Part shown: in pieces, positions 20,605-29,984 of the stretch
Position numbering within the stretch: position 1 is the stretch's first letter
Layout: each line of letters starts with the position of its first letter
Assembly: GCA_963724275.1 (NCBI GenBank)
Contig: CAVRUB010000005.1
Coordinates: forward strand, 8,474-72,473
Length of the DNA stretch: 64,000 bases
Reading direction: 5' to 3'
Source of the DNA: an uncultured Actinomycetota bacterium
GTDB lineage: Bacteria; Actinomycetota; Actinomycetes; Propionibacteriales; Nocardioidaceae
Position numbers and translations under genes: made by a program
Notes under the pieces: generated by a model
Seen by the model: the letters and a program-made list of their open reading frames with translations, nothing else
Told to the model about the DNA's origin: nothing
Database searches by the model: none

Positions 20605-21720
20605 CTACAGGCCTAGCCGACGATTCATGTAACGGAAGAGGCTGGGGCAGTAGGCCTCCCCCGAGATGGCCATGTAGTACGCCGCCTCAGTCGGGTCGTA
20701 GTCTGTGAGTGCCGCGTAGATGTTCTCCCATGGCATGCCGCTGTTCCAGTCGGCGCACACGGCCTTCGCAAGCGAGACCGGGTCGGTCAGCGCGGCCTCC
20801 ATGCCCGGCGCGGTGCCATCTTGAAGACGGGAGAAGAAGAGGTCATCTCCGGTTAGCGACTGGGGAGCCGGCTGCTGAGTCCGCGGTGGACGGCGCGACT
20901 CTCGGGGAGTGTCGGAGGGTTGAGGTTGCGCGCGTTTACTTGGTTGGAGATTTCGCTCGCTAGTAGTCGGCTGCGCAATACGCACGTCGGGCTCTCGGTC
21001 CTCCTGTTGGCCGCTTAGCACGAGCACGACGCCCACGAAGGTGGCAGCAGCAACGCCTATCGCGATGGCGCTCTTTCGACCACTCGTCGACTCTGCGCGC
21101 TCATCTCCCCCCGTTTGAGACGTCGGCTCGGATGAGGCGCGCGGGGATGGGGTACGCGGGGATGGGGCACGCGGCGCTCTTGCGTGTGCTTGCCACTCGG
21201 CTCTTGCGAGGTCGTGGAGAGCAGTCTCGCTTCCGGCGGTAAGGTCTGCGTGCCAACCGCATGAGCACCACACCGGGGCTTGCCAGGCTTTGTTGCTGTG
21301 GTGGGGCATGACACGGAGGAGAGAGTGGCGACCGTACCTCGGTGGAGATTGTTCGCTCTTGGGCGATACCGGCCCGCCGCTCCGTGTGCTCCAAGGTGTC
21401 CGTAGGTTGGCGTTCTCCACTCGCCGTTGAACTTCTCTAGCCGCTGTTACATCGAGTTCGCGGACTCGGGAGTAGAGCACGTCATCGCGGCCTCGCACTG
21501 CCCTAGCTAGCCCAGCCGCCTCGAGTTTTCGTAAGTGCCCCTTGATGGAACTAGCAACGATGCCTGATTCAGCCTCTAGATTCTCCAGAGTCTTAGGGAC
21601 ACTCAGCGCAAGGTAGACCCACCAGGTTCGCGGTCCGAGTTTCGGCAGTGATTCGGGCGTTTCGCTAGACCCCGACCGACCGTCCGGAGACGCCGAGGGG
21701 GGTTCGGGTGGAGTCGCCAT
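20605..21720 (-). CDS. membrane-anchored protein: N-terminal winged-HTH-like region, one TM helix, C-terminal DUF732-like domain
   Basis: From MATPPEPP (ATG 21720; the ORF track begins at 21840). LALSVPKTLENLEAESGIVASSIKGHLRKLEAAGLARAV looks like an ArsR/MarR-type wHTH. TM segment SAIAIGVAAATFVGVVLVLS. C-terminal DDLFFSRLQDG...AKAVCADWNSG...AAYYMAISGEAYCPSL resembles DUF732. The local sequence is visibly less GC-rich. Confidence 0.65.
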   Translation of the reverse strand: MATPPEPPSASPDGRSGSSETPESLPKLGPRTWWVYLALSVPKTLENLEAESGIVASSIKGHLRKLEAAGLARAVRGRDDVLYSRVRELDVTAAREVQRRVENANLRTPWSTRSGGPVSPKSEQSPPRYGRHSLLRVMPHHSNKAWQAPVWCSCGWHADLTAGSETALHDLARAEWQAHARAPRAPSPRTPSPRASSEPTSQTGGDERAESTSGRKSAIAIGVAAATFVGVVLVLSGQQEDREPDVRIAQPTTSERNLQPSKRAQPQPSDTPRESRRPPRTQQPAPQSLTGDDLFFSRLQDGTAPGMEAALTDPVSLAKAVCADWNSGMPWENIYAALTDYDPTEAAYYMAISGEAYCPSLFRYMNRRLGL

Positions 21721-22133
21721 GCAAGGAATGCTGACACCGCGAGACGGATGTGTCGCGCGTTTGGTGGCGAATGAGGGGCGGGGGCCCTTAGCCGACGGCG
21801 TGTCGCCAACGAGGCCCGCCCGAAGGAGGTTGTTCGTCAAGCGAAATCTGGATTGGCCGCTCTGGCGCGTTCGTGCGCATACCCTGTCGAGATGCGTCTC
21901 GGTGCCCTGTGTCTCGGTGTGGTTCTGCTTCTCTCACCCCTACCGGCCTCCGCTCATCACGACCCGTACTGGGGTGACACGTCGAGACAGGTCGCAAATC
22001 ACGTCGGGTGAAAGAGGTTTCATGGCCAGGAGCGAGGCAACGCATAGAACTACACAGGCGTCTGGGGTCTGCTGCACGAGTTGGTGACAGCTGCCAGCTC
22101 GACTAATCGCCAGCTACAGCGTGAACTGCGGGC

Positions 22134-22158
22134 TTGACCGCAGTGAAGAAAACCACTG
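22134..22158 (+). repeat. 25-nt perfect direct repeat, right copy
   Basis: ttgaccgcagtgaagaaaaccactg, identical to 20322..20346. Confidence 0.9.
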
Positions 22159-22289
22159 CACGACCGAGCTCAGACTGTCGCGGTCCGCGGGTGCTCTACG
22201 GCGGTAAACCTACTGGGTCACTCCCCTGCCGGCTGAACGAGACGCCCTGTATTGCCGATGTGCGGCGGACATGGAAGTGGCGCGGTGCA

Positions 22290-22682
22290 CTAGCCGCGAG
22301 CCGGGAAGGTCGCCCACACCGATTTGGACCCGTGACCGTCGGTGTCGGTTCCCCACTCCTGGCTCAGCATCTCCACGATCATCAGTCCGCGACCACTCAT
22401 GGCCATGACGTCCGGCGCAGATCGAACGGGCGCCGAGGTCGACCCATCCTGGATGCTCAACAGTACCGATCCGTTGTCTCTCGACAGGGTCACGGTAAAC
22501 GGAGTCTGCGCATGAGCCATCGCGTTGGTCGCGAGTTCGCTGACGACCAGGCGGACGTCCTCGACTAAGTGCAACAGTTGGTGATCGACCAGGTGGAGGC
22601 ACACGAAATCCCGCGCCATCCCAGCGCTCGTCGGGTCGGCCGTGAGGACTGTCTCGTGCGACCACTCAGGGATCGGGACCAT
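22290..22682 (-). CDS. ATP-binding protein, RsbW/SpoIIAB-like anti-sigma kinase fold (HATPase_c_2)
   Basis: 130 aa, ATG 22682 after ggagg. ARDFVCLHL...VRLVVSELATNAMAHA...GRGLMIVEMLSQEWG matches the N-box and G-box of the small anti-sigma kinase family. Confidence 0.75.
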   Translation of the reverse strand: MVPIPEWSHETVLTADPTSAGMARDFVCLHLVDHQLLHLVEDVRLVVSELATNAMAHAQTPFTVTLSRDNGSVLLSIQDGSTSAPVRSAPDVMAMSGRGLMIVEMLSQEWGTDTDGHGSKSVWATFPARG

Positions 22683-22939
22683 TTCCTCGCCTCCGGCGCT
22701 AGAGACTCACGTGCCGGGCAAGCGCGAGCTCTGGGCGATGACGAGGCGTTCGCGCAAATCTACGCCCTCGCAGGCTTGGGAGCCAGTGCCGCCCACGCCA
22801 GATCGACCAGGGCACAGCGCAATGCTTCCCCGCGAGAACATCCACTCCCGAGCATGCCGATCCCTTAGGTGCATAGGGCCCCGAGCGCCGTCTCGTTGCG
22901 GACGTTGACCCCGGTGAACCCGCGCGAAACTGAACCGGC

Positions 22940-23155
22940 CGTTAATGCACTCAGCGGGGAGATGGTCTCGCCCGCCAAAGTTCAAAAGGGAGAGTGCAAA
23001 CCCTGGCGACGCCGGTGCAACCGTTCAGGGGTCCTCACAGCGTCCCGGAACTTACCGTGGGTGCCCATGTTCTCAGGTGCACCGTCCCGGGGACCTGCCC
23101 CTGCGGGCACTGACCGTACGGGGGTCATCTGCCTAGGCCTAGCCCACTTGGACCA
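22940..23155 (+). repeat. interspersed repeat family, copy A (about 210 nt)
   Basis: The core tcgcccgccaaagttcaaaagggagagtgcaaaccctggcgacgccggtgcaaccgttcagggg...ggtgcccatgttctcaggtgcaccgtcccgg...catctgcctaggcctagccc aligns with copies at 42427 and 61062. Indels between copies break every reading frame. Confidence 0.85.
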
Positions 23156-23391
23156 GGTCTCCTGGTGGCCAGTCTGTCCCTCCCAGCCGCGACCTGGAGC
23201 GTCTCCACGACGCGACCAGCGTCGACGGCGTGACCCGCTACTTCGGCAACGGCCACCAGCAGGGCCGCCGGGTCCGGATTGTCGCCCAGGCGGCGGCTGA
23301 AGTCGGCCAGCGCATCGGGGTCCTGCCGCGGTTCCGAAGGCAAGGCGATCGGAGCAGACACAACCCTGTCGTGGAGTCCTCTTGAGCGCAC
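23125..23391 (-). pseudogene. possible N-terminal fragment of a GAF-domain signalling protein
   Basis: ORF 23125..23391. DPDALADFSRRLGDNPDPAALLVAVAEVAGHAVDAGRVVETL resembles the start of actinobacterial GAF/PP2C sensor proteins. The frame runs into repeat copy A and loses any resemblance. Confidence 0.3.
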
Positions 23392-23532
23392 AGCAAGCCT
23401 CAGCGGCAGGCCCGGGGACGATGTGGTTCGACCCAGGGACCATCATGGTGGCGCGCGACAAACGCACGGAGACAGGCTGAACTCGCAACCTGCCTAGCCC
23501 GTCTCACTCACATCAACGGAAAAGAGCACCAC

Positions 23533-23922
23533 GTGTTCGACGACAATGGATCGTTCCTGCTTGCCCTGTTCGAGTTCTTCCTGTTCTTCGCCTGGTTCAT
23601 GTGCCTGTTCTGGGTGATCGGCGACATCTTCCGCAGCCGGGACCTGAGCGGGGTGGCGAAGACGTTCTGGGTGTTCTTCGTCATCATCCTCCCCTGGCTC
23701 GGCATCCTGGTCTATCTGATCGCGCGCGGCCACGGCATGCAGGAGCGCCAACTGGAGCAGGCACAGGAGATGCATGCGGCGCAGACGGAGTACATCCGGT
23801 CCGTCGCCGGATCGTCGGGTGGCTCAGCGACCGACCAGATCGCCTCGGCGAAGTCGCTGCTGGACTCCGGCGCCATCACGCAGGCCGAGTTTGAGGCCTT
23901 GAAGGCGAAGGCGCTCGCCTGA
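23533..23922 (+). CDS. PLD-nuclease-N-terminal-domain (PLDc_N) membrane protein with C-terminal SHOCT domain
   Basis: 129 aa with two TM helices (FLLALFEFFLFFAWFMCLFWVIGDIF, WVFFVIILPWLGILVYLIARG). The C-terminal end, SAKSLLDSGAITQAEFEALKAKAL, is a SHOCT motif. Confidence 0.85.
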   Translation: MFDDNGSFLLALFEFFLFFAWFMCLFWVIGDIFRSRDLSGVAKTFWVFFVIILPWLGILVYLIARGHGMQERQLEQAQEMHAAQTEYIRSVAGSSGGSATDQIASAKSLLDSGAITQAEFEALKAKALA

Positions 23923-23942
23923 TCCGGAGGGATTCCTGCTCC

Positions 23943-23983
23943 CTGAGGTGCCGTCACGACCAGATGTCATGGCGGCACCTCAG
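23943..23983 (+). terminator. stem-loop downstream of the PLDc_N/SHOCT gene
   Basis: CTGAGGTGCCG (23943-23953) pairs perfectly with CGGCACCTCAG (23973-23983), 21 nt after the stop codon. There is no U-tract, as is common in high-GC actinobacteria. Confidence 0.5.
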
Positions 23984-24520
23984 CCGTTCGGGCCGGTATT
24001 CGGAACCATCAACCCGGAGAGCTCACGGGCAACCCAGGTGGCCACCGCCTTCATGAGACTCGCCGTGCTTCCCCGGGCATGGGCCCCGAGCGCGGGCCGT
24101 CCTCGGCGACGCTGCCGGGGGACCAAATGCCCGTGCACCCCGAGCTGCCCGCAGCCGCGACCGTTCACGGCGCCCCGAGGCTTTGGGCCGGCGTCGCTCG
24201 CAAGCTGAGTTACACCAGCACAGGACCAGGACCCGATCCACGTCGACGACCCGCTCGGCCCCCAACCCTTCACCACGTGAGGCGTCGAGCGACCTGGCAT
24301 CGCCAAGCGCGACCTACGCCTCCGCTCAACTGCAGCGGGTGCGCGCACCCATCGAGAACGCCGCATACGAGTGTGTCGCTCGGGTTGGGCCGCTGTTCGG
24401 GTGCGCCGGGTGCGCCACAGGGCAGCTCGCCACAACGCGAACATGCCGGGCCCGGGACGTGTTCTCACGACCTCTGGGTTGACCCAGAGCTCGAGAGATA
24501 TTCGCCGCCAGAGGGCATCT

Positions 24521-24620
24521 GCTGACTCACCCGCGAGGCCAACACCGGAAGTGCACTCCCCCGCTCAAAGCGCCCCTGTAGAGGTCGCCCGCCAAAGTTT
24601 CAAAGGGAGAGTGCAAACCG
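24521..24620 (+). repeat. interspersed repeat family, copy B (5' ~100 nt only)
   Basis: ctgactcacccgcgaggccaacaccggaagtgcactcccccgctcaaagcgcccctgtagaggtcgcccgccaaagtttcaaagggagagtgcaaacc aligns with the 5' part of copy E (61062-61160), then diverges. Confidence 0.75.
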
Positions 24621-24845
24621 AGGCTTCGCTGAGCGCCCAAGCCTACCTACCTGGGCCACCTCACGGACTCCCTTACGAAGATGGCGCCTGGCGCACCAAC
24701 CCATTGCGCCGCGAAATTGAGGTGTTAGAGGAACTTGAAGCGTCGTACGCTCGTCTGCTCAAAGTGGTGTGTCATACCGCCATTTGCACGACGAGCGTCT
24801 AAGACCCTCACGTCGTGTCCGAGCTAGCGCGCGCGACCTGGCGAC

Positions 24846-27630
24846 CTATGAGGCCGGCAGAGCCAGTAGTCCGGCCTTCGGAAGCACGGCGATCAGTTCT
24901 TTGCGGGAGCTGACGCCGAGCTTGGCGAAGACCTTGCCCAGGTGCCATTCGACCGTCCGTGCACTGAGGAAGAGCCGTGCACCGATATCCGGGTTAGTCA
25001 GACCGTCGCTCGCGAGCTGCGCGATCTGCGCCTCTTGGGGGGTGAGATGGTCTTGCGTCTCGATGGTCCGCCTGCGCGCCTTCTCGCCGGTGGCGAGGAG
25101 TTCGCGGCGGGCTCGCTCGGCGAACGCTTCCATGCCGATCGTGGCGAACATCTCGTGAGCGGTGCGGAGTTGCTCCCTGGCATCGACGCGCTGGCCCTGA
25201 CGCCGGAGCCACTCGCCGAAGAGCAGGTGGGCGCGGGCGAGTTCCGGTCGAAGCTGCGTCCGGCTCAGGCGATCGATCGCCTCGCGATAGAGCGACTCGG
25301 CTGCGTCGCCTTCGCTGAGCAATGCGCTCGACCTGGCATGGATCCCGAGCGCCCAGTCGGTGTCGCAGCCCTCGATGTGCTCACTGAGTCGATTGAGAGC
25401 ATCTCTCGCGAGTTCGGCGTGATCGGTCCTCGTGGCAGCCTCGATCAGTTCGGTCAGCGCCCACGAAGTGATGTGCAAGCCCCGGTGAGTGCTCGCTCGC
25501 CTCCACGGCCGCCGCGAGCGCCTCCTCATAGCGGCCGAGACCGTTCATGAGCACGGAGCTCGCCCACCGTGCGTACTGGACAGCGGTTCCCTGTCCGGCG
25601 ACAGTGGCGTGCGCGATGACGCTCGCGATCAACTCGGAGGTCGCGGCCTCTGGCCGCGGATTCCCGCAAGCGCGAGCGCAGCGTGCGGGGCGATGCGGGT
25701 GTTGGTCGCCTCCTTCAGGGTATCCACCTCCGCTATCAACAGCGCCGCTCTCGCGAAGTCGCCGCCGAAGGCGGCGGCCTGGCCACAGGCATTGTCGACG
25801 ACGGCGAGGGCCTCGAGCGCCCCGAGGTCGCGCGCGAGTCGAACCGCCCGCATGGCGATCTCAAGACTTCGGTCGTAGTCCCAGATCAGGTTCGCCGCTC
25901 GCGACGCCAGCCAGCCCCAGCGGAGCAGCTCCTCCTCGGAGACGTCGCTGACTCGCGAACACAGCGACCGCGCGCCGCAGCACGGGCACCGCGGCGGGGC
26001 GTCCCTCGGTGAGGACCAACGCCAAGCCTTCCAGGAGCAGATCGCACGGAAGAGGAGGATCCGCCGGGTCGGGCGCGGTAGCCACGGCGCGAGAGACGTC
26101 CAGCGAGGCTGCCGCCCTCACTCGCCAGTCGGCCGGCGAAGAGCGCTGCAGCCCACGCGTCGAGATAGGTGTCGCGCGACAGGCGTACGTCGAGCGTCTC
26201 CAGCTTCCGAGCAGCTTGGAGCAGCAGCACCGGAGCCTCGCCGCCGCGGTTCTGGGCAAACGCGATCTCTGCCTGCAGCCGATCCACGCGGGCTCGACCG
26301 AGGTCGTCAAGCGGTCCGGCCTCTGCTGCGGCCACCAGCTCGAGCGCCGCATCAAACGCGCCGGCTTCGAGGCTCGCCTGGGCCGCGGCCAATGCGCGGT
26401 CTGCCCGTCGCGCGGAGTCCTGGGTCAGCGCGACGGACGCGCTGGAGGAATGCAGCCGCCGCGGCGAGACCGCCGCGAGCCTGCGCCCGCCCGGCCGACC
26501 GCTCGAGCTCGGCGGCCACGTCCTCGTCGGGACCGAGCACAGCCTGAGCGCGGTGCCAGGCACGACGATCAGGGTCGATCTCCGGATCGGTAGCCGCGGC
26601 CAATGCTCGGTGCGCGCTGCGGCGCTCCGTCGGCGACGCAGCCCGGTAGATCGCGGAGCGCAGAAGGGGGTGGCGGAACGCCACGCGTGCGTGGATCTCG
26701 ATCAGGTCATCCGCCTCTGCGGGCGCCGCTGCGTCAATCGGAGATGCCGAGCTCGGAGGCGGCCCGCCAGAGCAGGTTGGGATCACCGACCGGATCGGCC
26801 GCCGCCACCAGCAGCAGGTGTTGCGTCTCAGCTGGGGAGCAGCTCCACCCGGCGGCGGTAGCTGGCTTCGATTCGGCTGGGCAATGGCAACCTGCCTGGG
26901 ACCGAAAAGCCGCCCGCCAGGGCGGCCGACGACTGCCCACGCGGGAGCTCGAGCAAGGCGAGCGGATTGCCATGGGCCTCGGCGATGATCCGGCGGCGCA
27001 CCGACTTGTCCAGCGGGCCGAGCGTCGCGGAGTGACCAGTGCCGTCGCGTCATCTTCCGACAAACCCCGCAGACGCAGCTCCGGCAGCCCCTCGAACTCG
27101 CTCGGGGTGTTCCCGTCGCGCTCGGCAAGAACGATGACAACCGACTCCGCGTGAAGACGTCGCGCGATGAACGAGAGCACCTGGGCCGAGGAGCGATCCA
27201 GCCACTGGGCGTCATCGACCAGGCAGACCACCGGCCGCGCTTCGGCGTGCTCGGAGAGCTGGCTCAGCAGGGCCAGCCCCACGAAGAAGCGATCGGGCGG
27301 CTCTCCAGAGCTGAGGCCGAATGCCGTCTCCAGGGCCTCGCGCTGCGGTGACGGCAACCGCTCGAGGCCACCGAGGAGCGGTTTCGAGAGTTGATGGACC
27401 GCCGCGAACGGCAGCTCCATCTCCGATTCGATGCCGACCGCCCGGACGACCTGACAGCCGTTGCTGCGGACCGCCACGTAGTCGAGCAGCGCAGTCTTGC
27501 CGATGCCGGCCTCGCCGCGTAGCACCACCGCCCGGCTGTCGCCCGCCCGCGCCGCCTCGACATACGCGTCGAGCGCCGCGCACTCGTTCTGCGGCCACGC
27601 AACAGCGTCGGGTCCTCGCTGCGGTGACAT
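24846..27630 (-). pseudogene. LAL-type LuxR-family regulator (AAA ATPase + TPR-like + LuxR HTH), many frame changes
   Basis: N-terminal end in ORF 26734..27630 (VVLRGEAGIGKTALL, CLVDDAQWLD). Middle pieces in ORFs 26352..27215, 25886..26563, 25861..26355, 25629..25853 and 25381..25632. C-terminal HTH in ORF 24846..25529 (LTPQEAQIAQLASDGLTNPDIGARLFLSARTVEWHLGKVFAKLGV). At least six frame switches are needed. Confidence 0.8.
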
Positions 27631-28043
27631 CCGCTACCCCCTGGCCGCCATCTGCCGCTGCTGCGCCGTCTGCCAGAGCATAGACCGGTGAAGATGCACG
27701 ACCGGTGGAATTTGATCGACCCATCGCCCACCCGAGGCAAAGAGTCCTACCTTGGGCAGGTCTCACGCGACGAAGGATCGGCCGAGGCAGCCGGGGACCG
27801 TCGCGTCGTTCAGGAACTACTGAGAGGCGCGGCGCAGGAAACCGGCGAGCAAGGCAAAGTCACCGCCTCAGCCGCGAACAGTCGGGCTGGGCTCGATCGT
27901 GATCGAGAAGCATGCTGTCATCAGATTTGACCAGAAGGTTGGGGATCAGATGCTGGGCACGCACGACCGATGCCGGCAGTCCCCTCCGGCCTGGCCACGC
28001 CCGGCAATTGCTGCGTCACAGCGACGCCAGAAACGAAAAGTTT

Positions 28044-28077
28044 GGTGGGGCAGAACGGCTAACCGTTCCGCCCCACC
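28044..28077 (-). terminator. strong stem-loop 3' of alpha/beta hydrolase copy 1
   Basis: ggtggggcagaacgg ctaa ccgttccgccccacc: 15-nt arms with one mismatch. On the minus (gene) strand it is followed by aaacttttcgttt. It lies 34 nt beyond the hydrolase stop (28111). Confidence 0.65.
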
Positions 28078-28110
28078 AGGAGTGGGTTGTGTCCTCGGAC
28101 CGCGACCGGG

Positions 28111-29067
28111 CTAGCCCGCGATCTGGGACTCGATGGGGGCGCCGAGCGGAGCCAGGAACTTTGTCAGCGCAGCGAGCAGTGCCTCCGGTGCCGCCTCGGC
28201 GACCCAGTGACCGGTCCCGGGGACGACCAGGGTCTCGACGTCCTCGGCAACCGCCGACAAGGCACCGCCGACGGCTCCGCCCCAACTCGCTTCGCCACCG
28301 ATACCGAGGACCGGCATCGTGAGCTTGCGGGCGCCTCGCTCGCCGTTCTGTGCCATCGTCTCGTCCCAGGCCCGATAGAACCCGAAGCTTCCCGACAATG
28401 CGCCGGGAGTCGAGAGGCCCTCGACGTAGTAGTCGATGGCCGCTTGAGGGACCTGGCCACCCTGGATGGCGAACTCATAACCGAAGAAGATCGCCTCGCG
28501 GCCTTCGACGAGCTGTTCGGCAATCTCGCCGGCTCGGTTGAAGGCAATGTGCCAGAGCTTGTTGTTGACCTGCCGCGGGGTGAAGAGCGGCGGCGAGTGG
28601 TCCGGCGTCGGAGGCCCGGGGACCTCGGCGAGCACCACCCGATCCACCCGGTCGGGGTAGTCCGCTGCGAGTGCATAGCTGACCACCAGGCCGGTGTCGT
28701 GGCCGACGACTGCGAATCGTTCGTGGCCCAGCTCGCGCATGAGCGCCGCCAGGTCGGTGGCAAGCGTGGCGGCGTCGTATCCATCCGCGGGCTTGTCGGT
28801 CAGGCCCATACCGCGCTGGTCGACGGCGACAACGGTGCATTGCTTCGCGAGCTCCGGCATCACGTGCCGCCAGGCATACCAACTCTCTGGCCAACCGTGC
28901 ACCAGCAGCACAGCGGGTCCGTCCCCACCGACTACCGCGTGCTGACGGATGCCGTTCGCGTCAATCCACTGGCTCTTGAAGGTCGTCGTGAATCCGTCCG
29001 GCAGATCAGGGGCCTGCGAGACCGAGCCGAGCGCCACAATCTCCGGGTACGACGTACTTGCGGTCAT
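28111..29067 (-). CDS. alpha/beta hydrolase (epoxide-hydrolase/haloalkane-dehalogenase-like), copy 1
   Basis: MTASTSYPEIV... from ATG 29067 after aaggaa. LLVHGWPESWYAWRHVMP, VVGHDTGLVVSYALA (nucleophile elbow with Asp) and GHWVAEEAP-like GTGHWVAEAAPE. 318 aa, intact. Confidence 0.9.
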   Translation of the reverse strand: MTASTSYPEIVALGSVSQAPDLPDGFTTTFKSQWIDANGIRQHAVVGGDGPAVLLVHGWPESWYAWRHVMPELAKQCTVVAVDQRGMGLTDKPADGYDAATLATDLAALMRELGHERFAVVGHDTGLVVSYALAADYPDRVDRVVLAEVPGPPTPDHSPPLFTPRQVNNKLWHIAFNRAGEIAEQLVEGREAIFFGYEFAIQGGQVPQAAIDYYVEGLSTPGALSGSFGFYRAWDETMAQNGERGARKLTMPVLGIGGEASWGGAVGGALSAVAEDVETLVVPGTGHWVAEAAPEALLAALTKFLAPLGAPIESQIAG

Positions 29068-29212
29068 GAGAAGTTCCTTTCTCAAGCATCTCTGAACAGT
29101 CGGCACCGGGGCGGTGCCGTCTACTGCACCCTGGCTCTCGCCGCTCCGAGCTCGCGCCAGGGAGCACCCTGGCCCAGTACCGGGCTGACCGGGCGAAAGG
29201 ACCAGTCGAGGG

Positions 29213-29386
29213 CTAGGGGGTAGTGCCGAAAGGACCGAGGGAGTTGAGGTCCAAACGCAACGATTCGGCCATTGCCCAGGCGTTCGGAAAGGTGAAGACG
29301 TCTGCGCCCCCGAGTCGGTCCTTCCACCGCGGCACGAGTTCGTCGGTGGTTTGGGCTGCAACGGCGTCCAGGTATGCCCTGAAGAC
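29213..29386 (-). pseudogene. orphan 3' fragment of the MBL-fold hydrolase gene (duplicate of 37100..37274)
   Basis: ...VFRAYLDAVAAQTTDELVPRWKDRLGGADVFTFPNAWAMAESLRLDLNSLGPFGTTP-stop. Upstream of 29386 the frame is unrelated to the MBL gene. Confidence 0.75.
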
Positions 29387-29436
29387 GGCGGGTCTGTTTG
29401 CGACGGTGTCAGCTGCACGGGCATCTGATCTGCGTC

Positions 29437-29495
29437 CTACGGCCCCTATGGATGTCGCCCGCCAAGGCTGCAAAGGGAGCGTGCAGTCGCGAGGG
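29437..29495 (+). repeat. interspersed repeat family, copy C (short fragment)
   Basis: ctacggcccctatggatgtcgcccgccaaggctgcaaagggagcgtgcag matches the ...cccctgtagaggtcgcccgccaaagttcaaagggag(a/c)gtgcaa segment of the other copies. It sits at the inner edge of inverted-repeat arm 1. Confidence 0.6.
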
Positions 29496-29567
29496 TTCCG
29501 CAGGCAGGGGCGAAGCGTCAATCTACTCACCGGACTGCGCAGCAGACCCAAGCCCCTCGGCCAAGCT

Positions 29568-29984
29568 CTATGGGCGCACGTGTTCCCGCCAGTCCGGCGG
29601 TACGCGTCCTGCCGGTCCGGGCACTGGCTGGTCATCGGGGCGAGACATCGGCGGCGCTAGCGTCGGACCGATGAGATGCACTTTGGCTGACGCGTAGTCG
29701 TAGAACCAGTCCTCCCCGGGTTCATAGCTCTGGACGGTCCGATGGCCTGTGGCGGCAAAGTGTGCGGAGGCATGCCCACCTGGCGACGAGTCACAGCAGC
29801 CCACGTGCCCACACTCAGTGCATCGTCGAAGGTGGTACCACCAACCGGAGGGTTCTGTAGCGCCACACTCGACACAACCAGGGCCACTGGGGACGGCGTC
29901 GAGCTGAACATCGGACAGCTCGCTCATCGCCTTCGCCAGTTCATTAGCTGCCGGCGATGCGACAGTACTTCCGTCCATTGCCAC
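29568..29984 (-). CDS. UBP-type zinc-finger domain protein
   Basis: CVECGATEPSGWWYHLRRCTECGHVGCCDSSPGGHASAHFAATGHRTVQSYEPGEDWFYDY is the zf-UBP pattern. An alternative start is MSELSD at 29927. Confidence 0.8.
   Translation of the reverse strand: MAMDGSTVASPAANELAKAMSELSDVQLDAVPSGPGCVECGATEPSGWWYHLRRCTECGHVGCCDSSPGGHASAHFAATGHRTVQSYEPGEDWFYDYASAKVHLIGPTLAPPMSRPDDQPVPGPAGRVPPDWREHVRP

Larger units (their letters stand above)
28110..29386. repeat. 1.28-kb inverted repeat, arm 1 (hydrolase gene plus 3' end of an MBL hydrolase gene)
   Basis: Reverse complement of 37100..38377. By hand comparison I found one substitution (29302) and one 1-nt indel (gcgtttgg versus gcgctttgg, near 29256). The encoded hydrolase proteins are identical in the ORF track. 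Confidence 0.9.

Noticed and set aside
22985-23060. Superficial resemblance of aagggagagtgcaaacc...ggtgcaaccgt to cobalamin-riboswitch or RNase P core strings
   Set aside because: Only short, gapped matches. The B12 box and the expected pairing partners are absent, and five copies per 64 kb, mostly not upstream of a gene, do not fit a riboswitch or a housekeeping RNA.
22981-23136. Short ORFs inside the interspersed repeat (for example GTG...VQTLATPV.PF...; minus-strand MGTRGKFRDA) that recur in copies A, D and E
   Set aside because: Single-nucleotide indels between copies shift the frames relative to each other. The apparent conservation is explained by ~90 percent nucleotide identity, and there is no consistent start/stop architecture.
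28087-29223. 378-aa ORF antisense to hydrolase copy 1, and its twin inside 37264..38682
   Set aside because: Same mirror-frame artefact. The sense strand gives an intact alpha/beta hydrolase with a catalytic-motif pattern. The N-terminal ~100 aa of 37264..38682 are real, but they belong to the IS256 remnant, not to one long protein.
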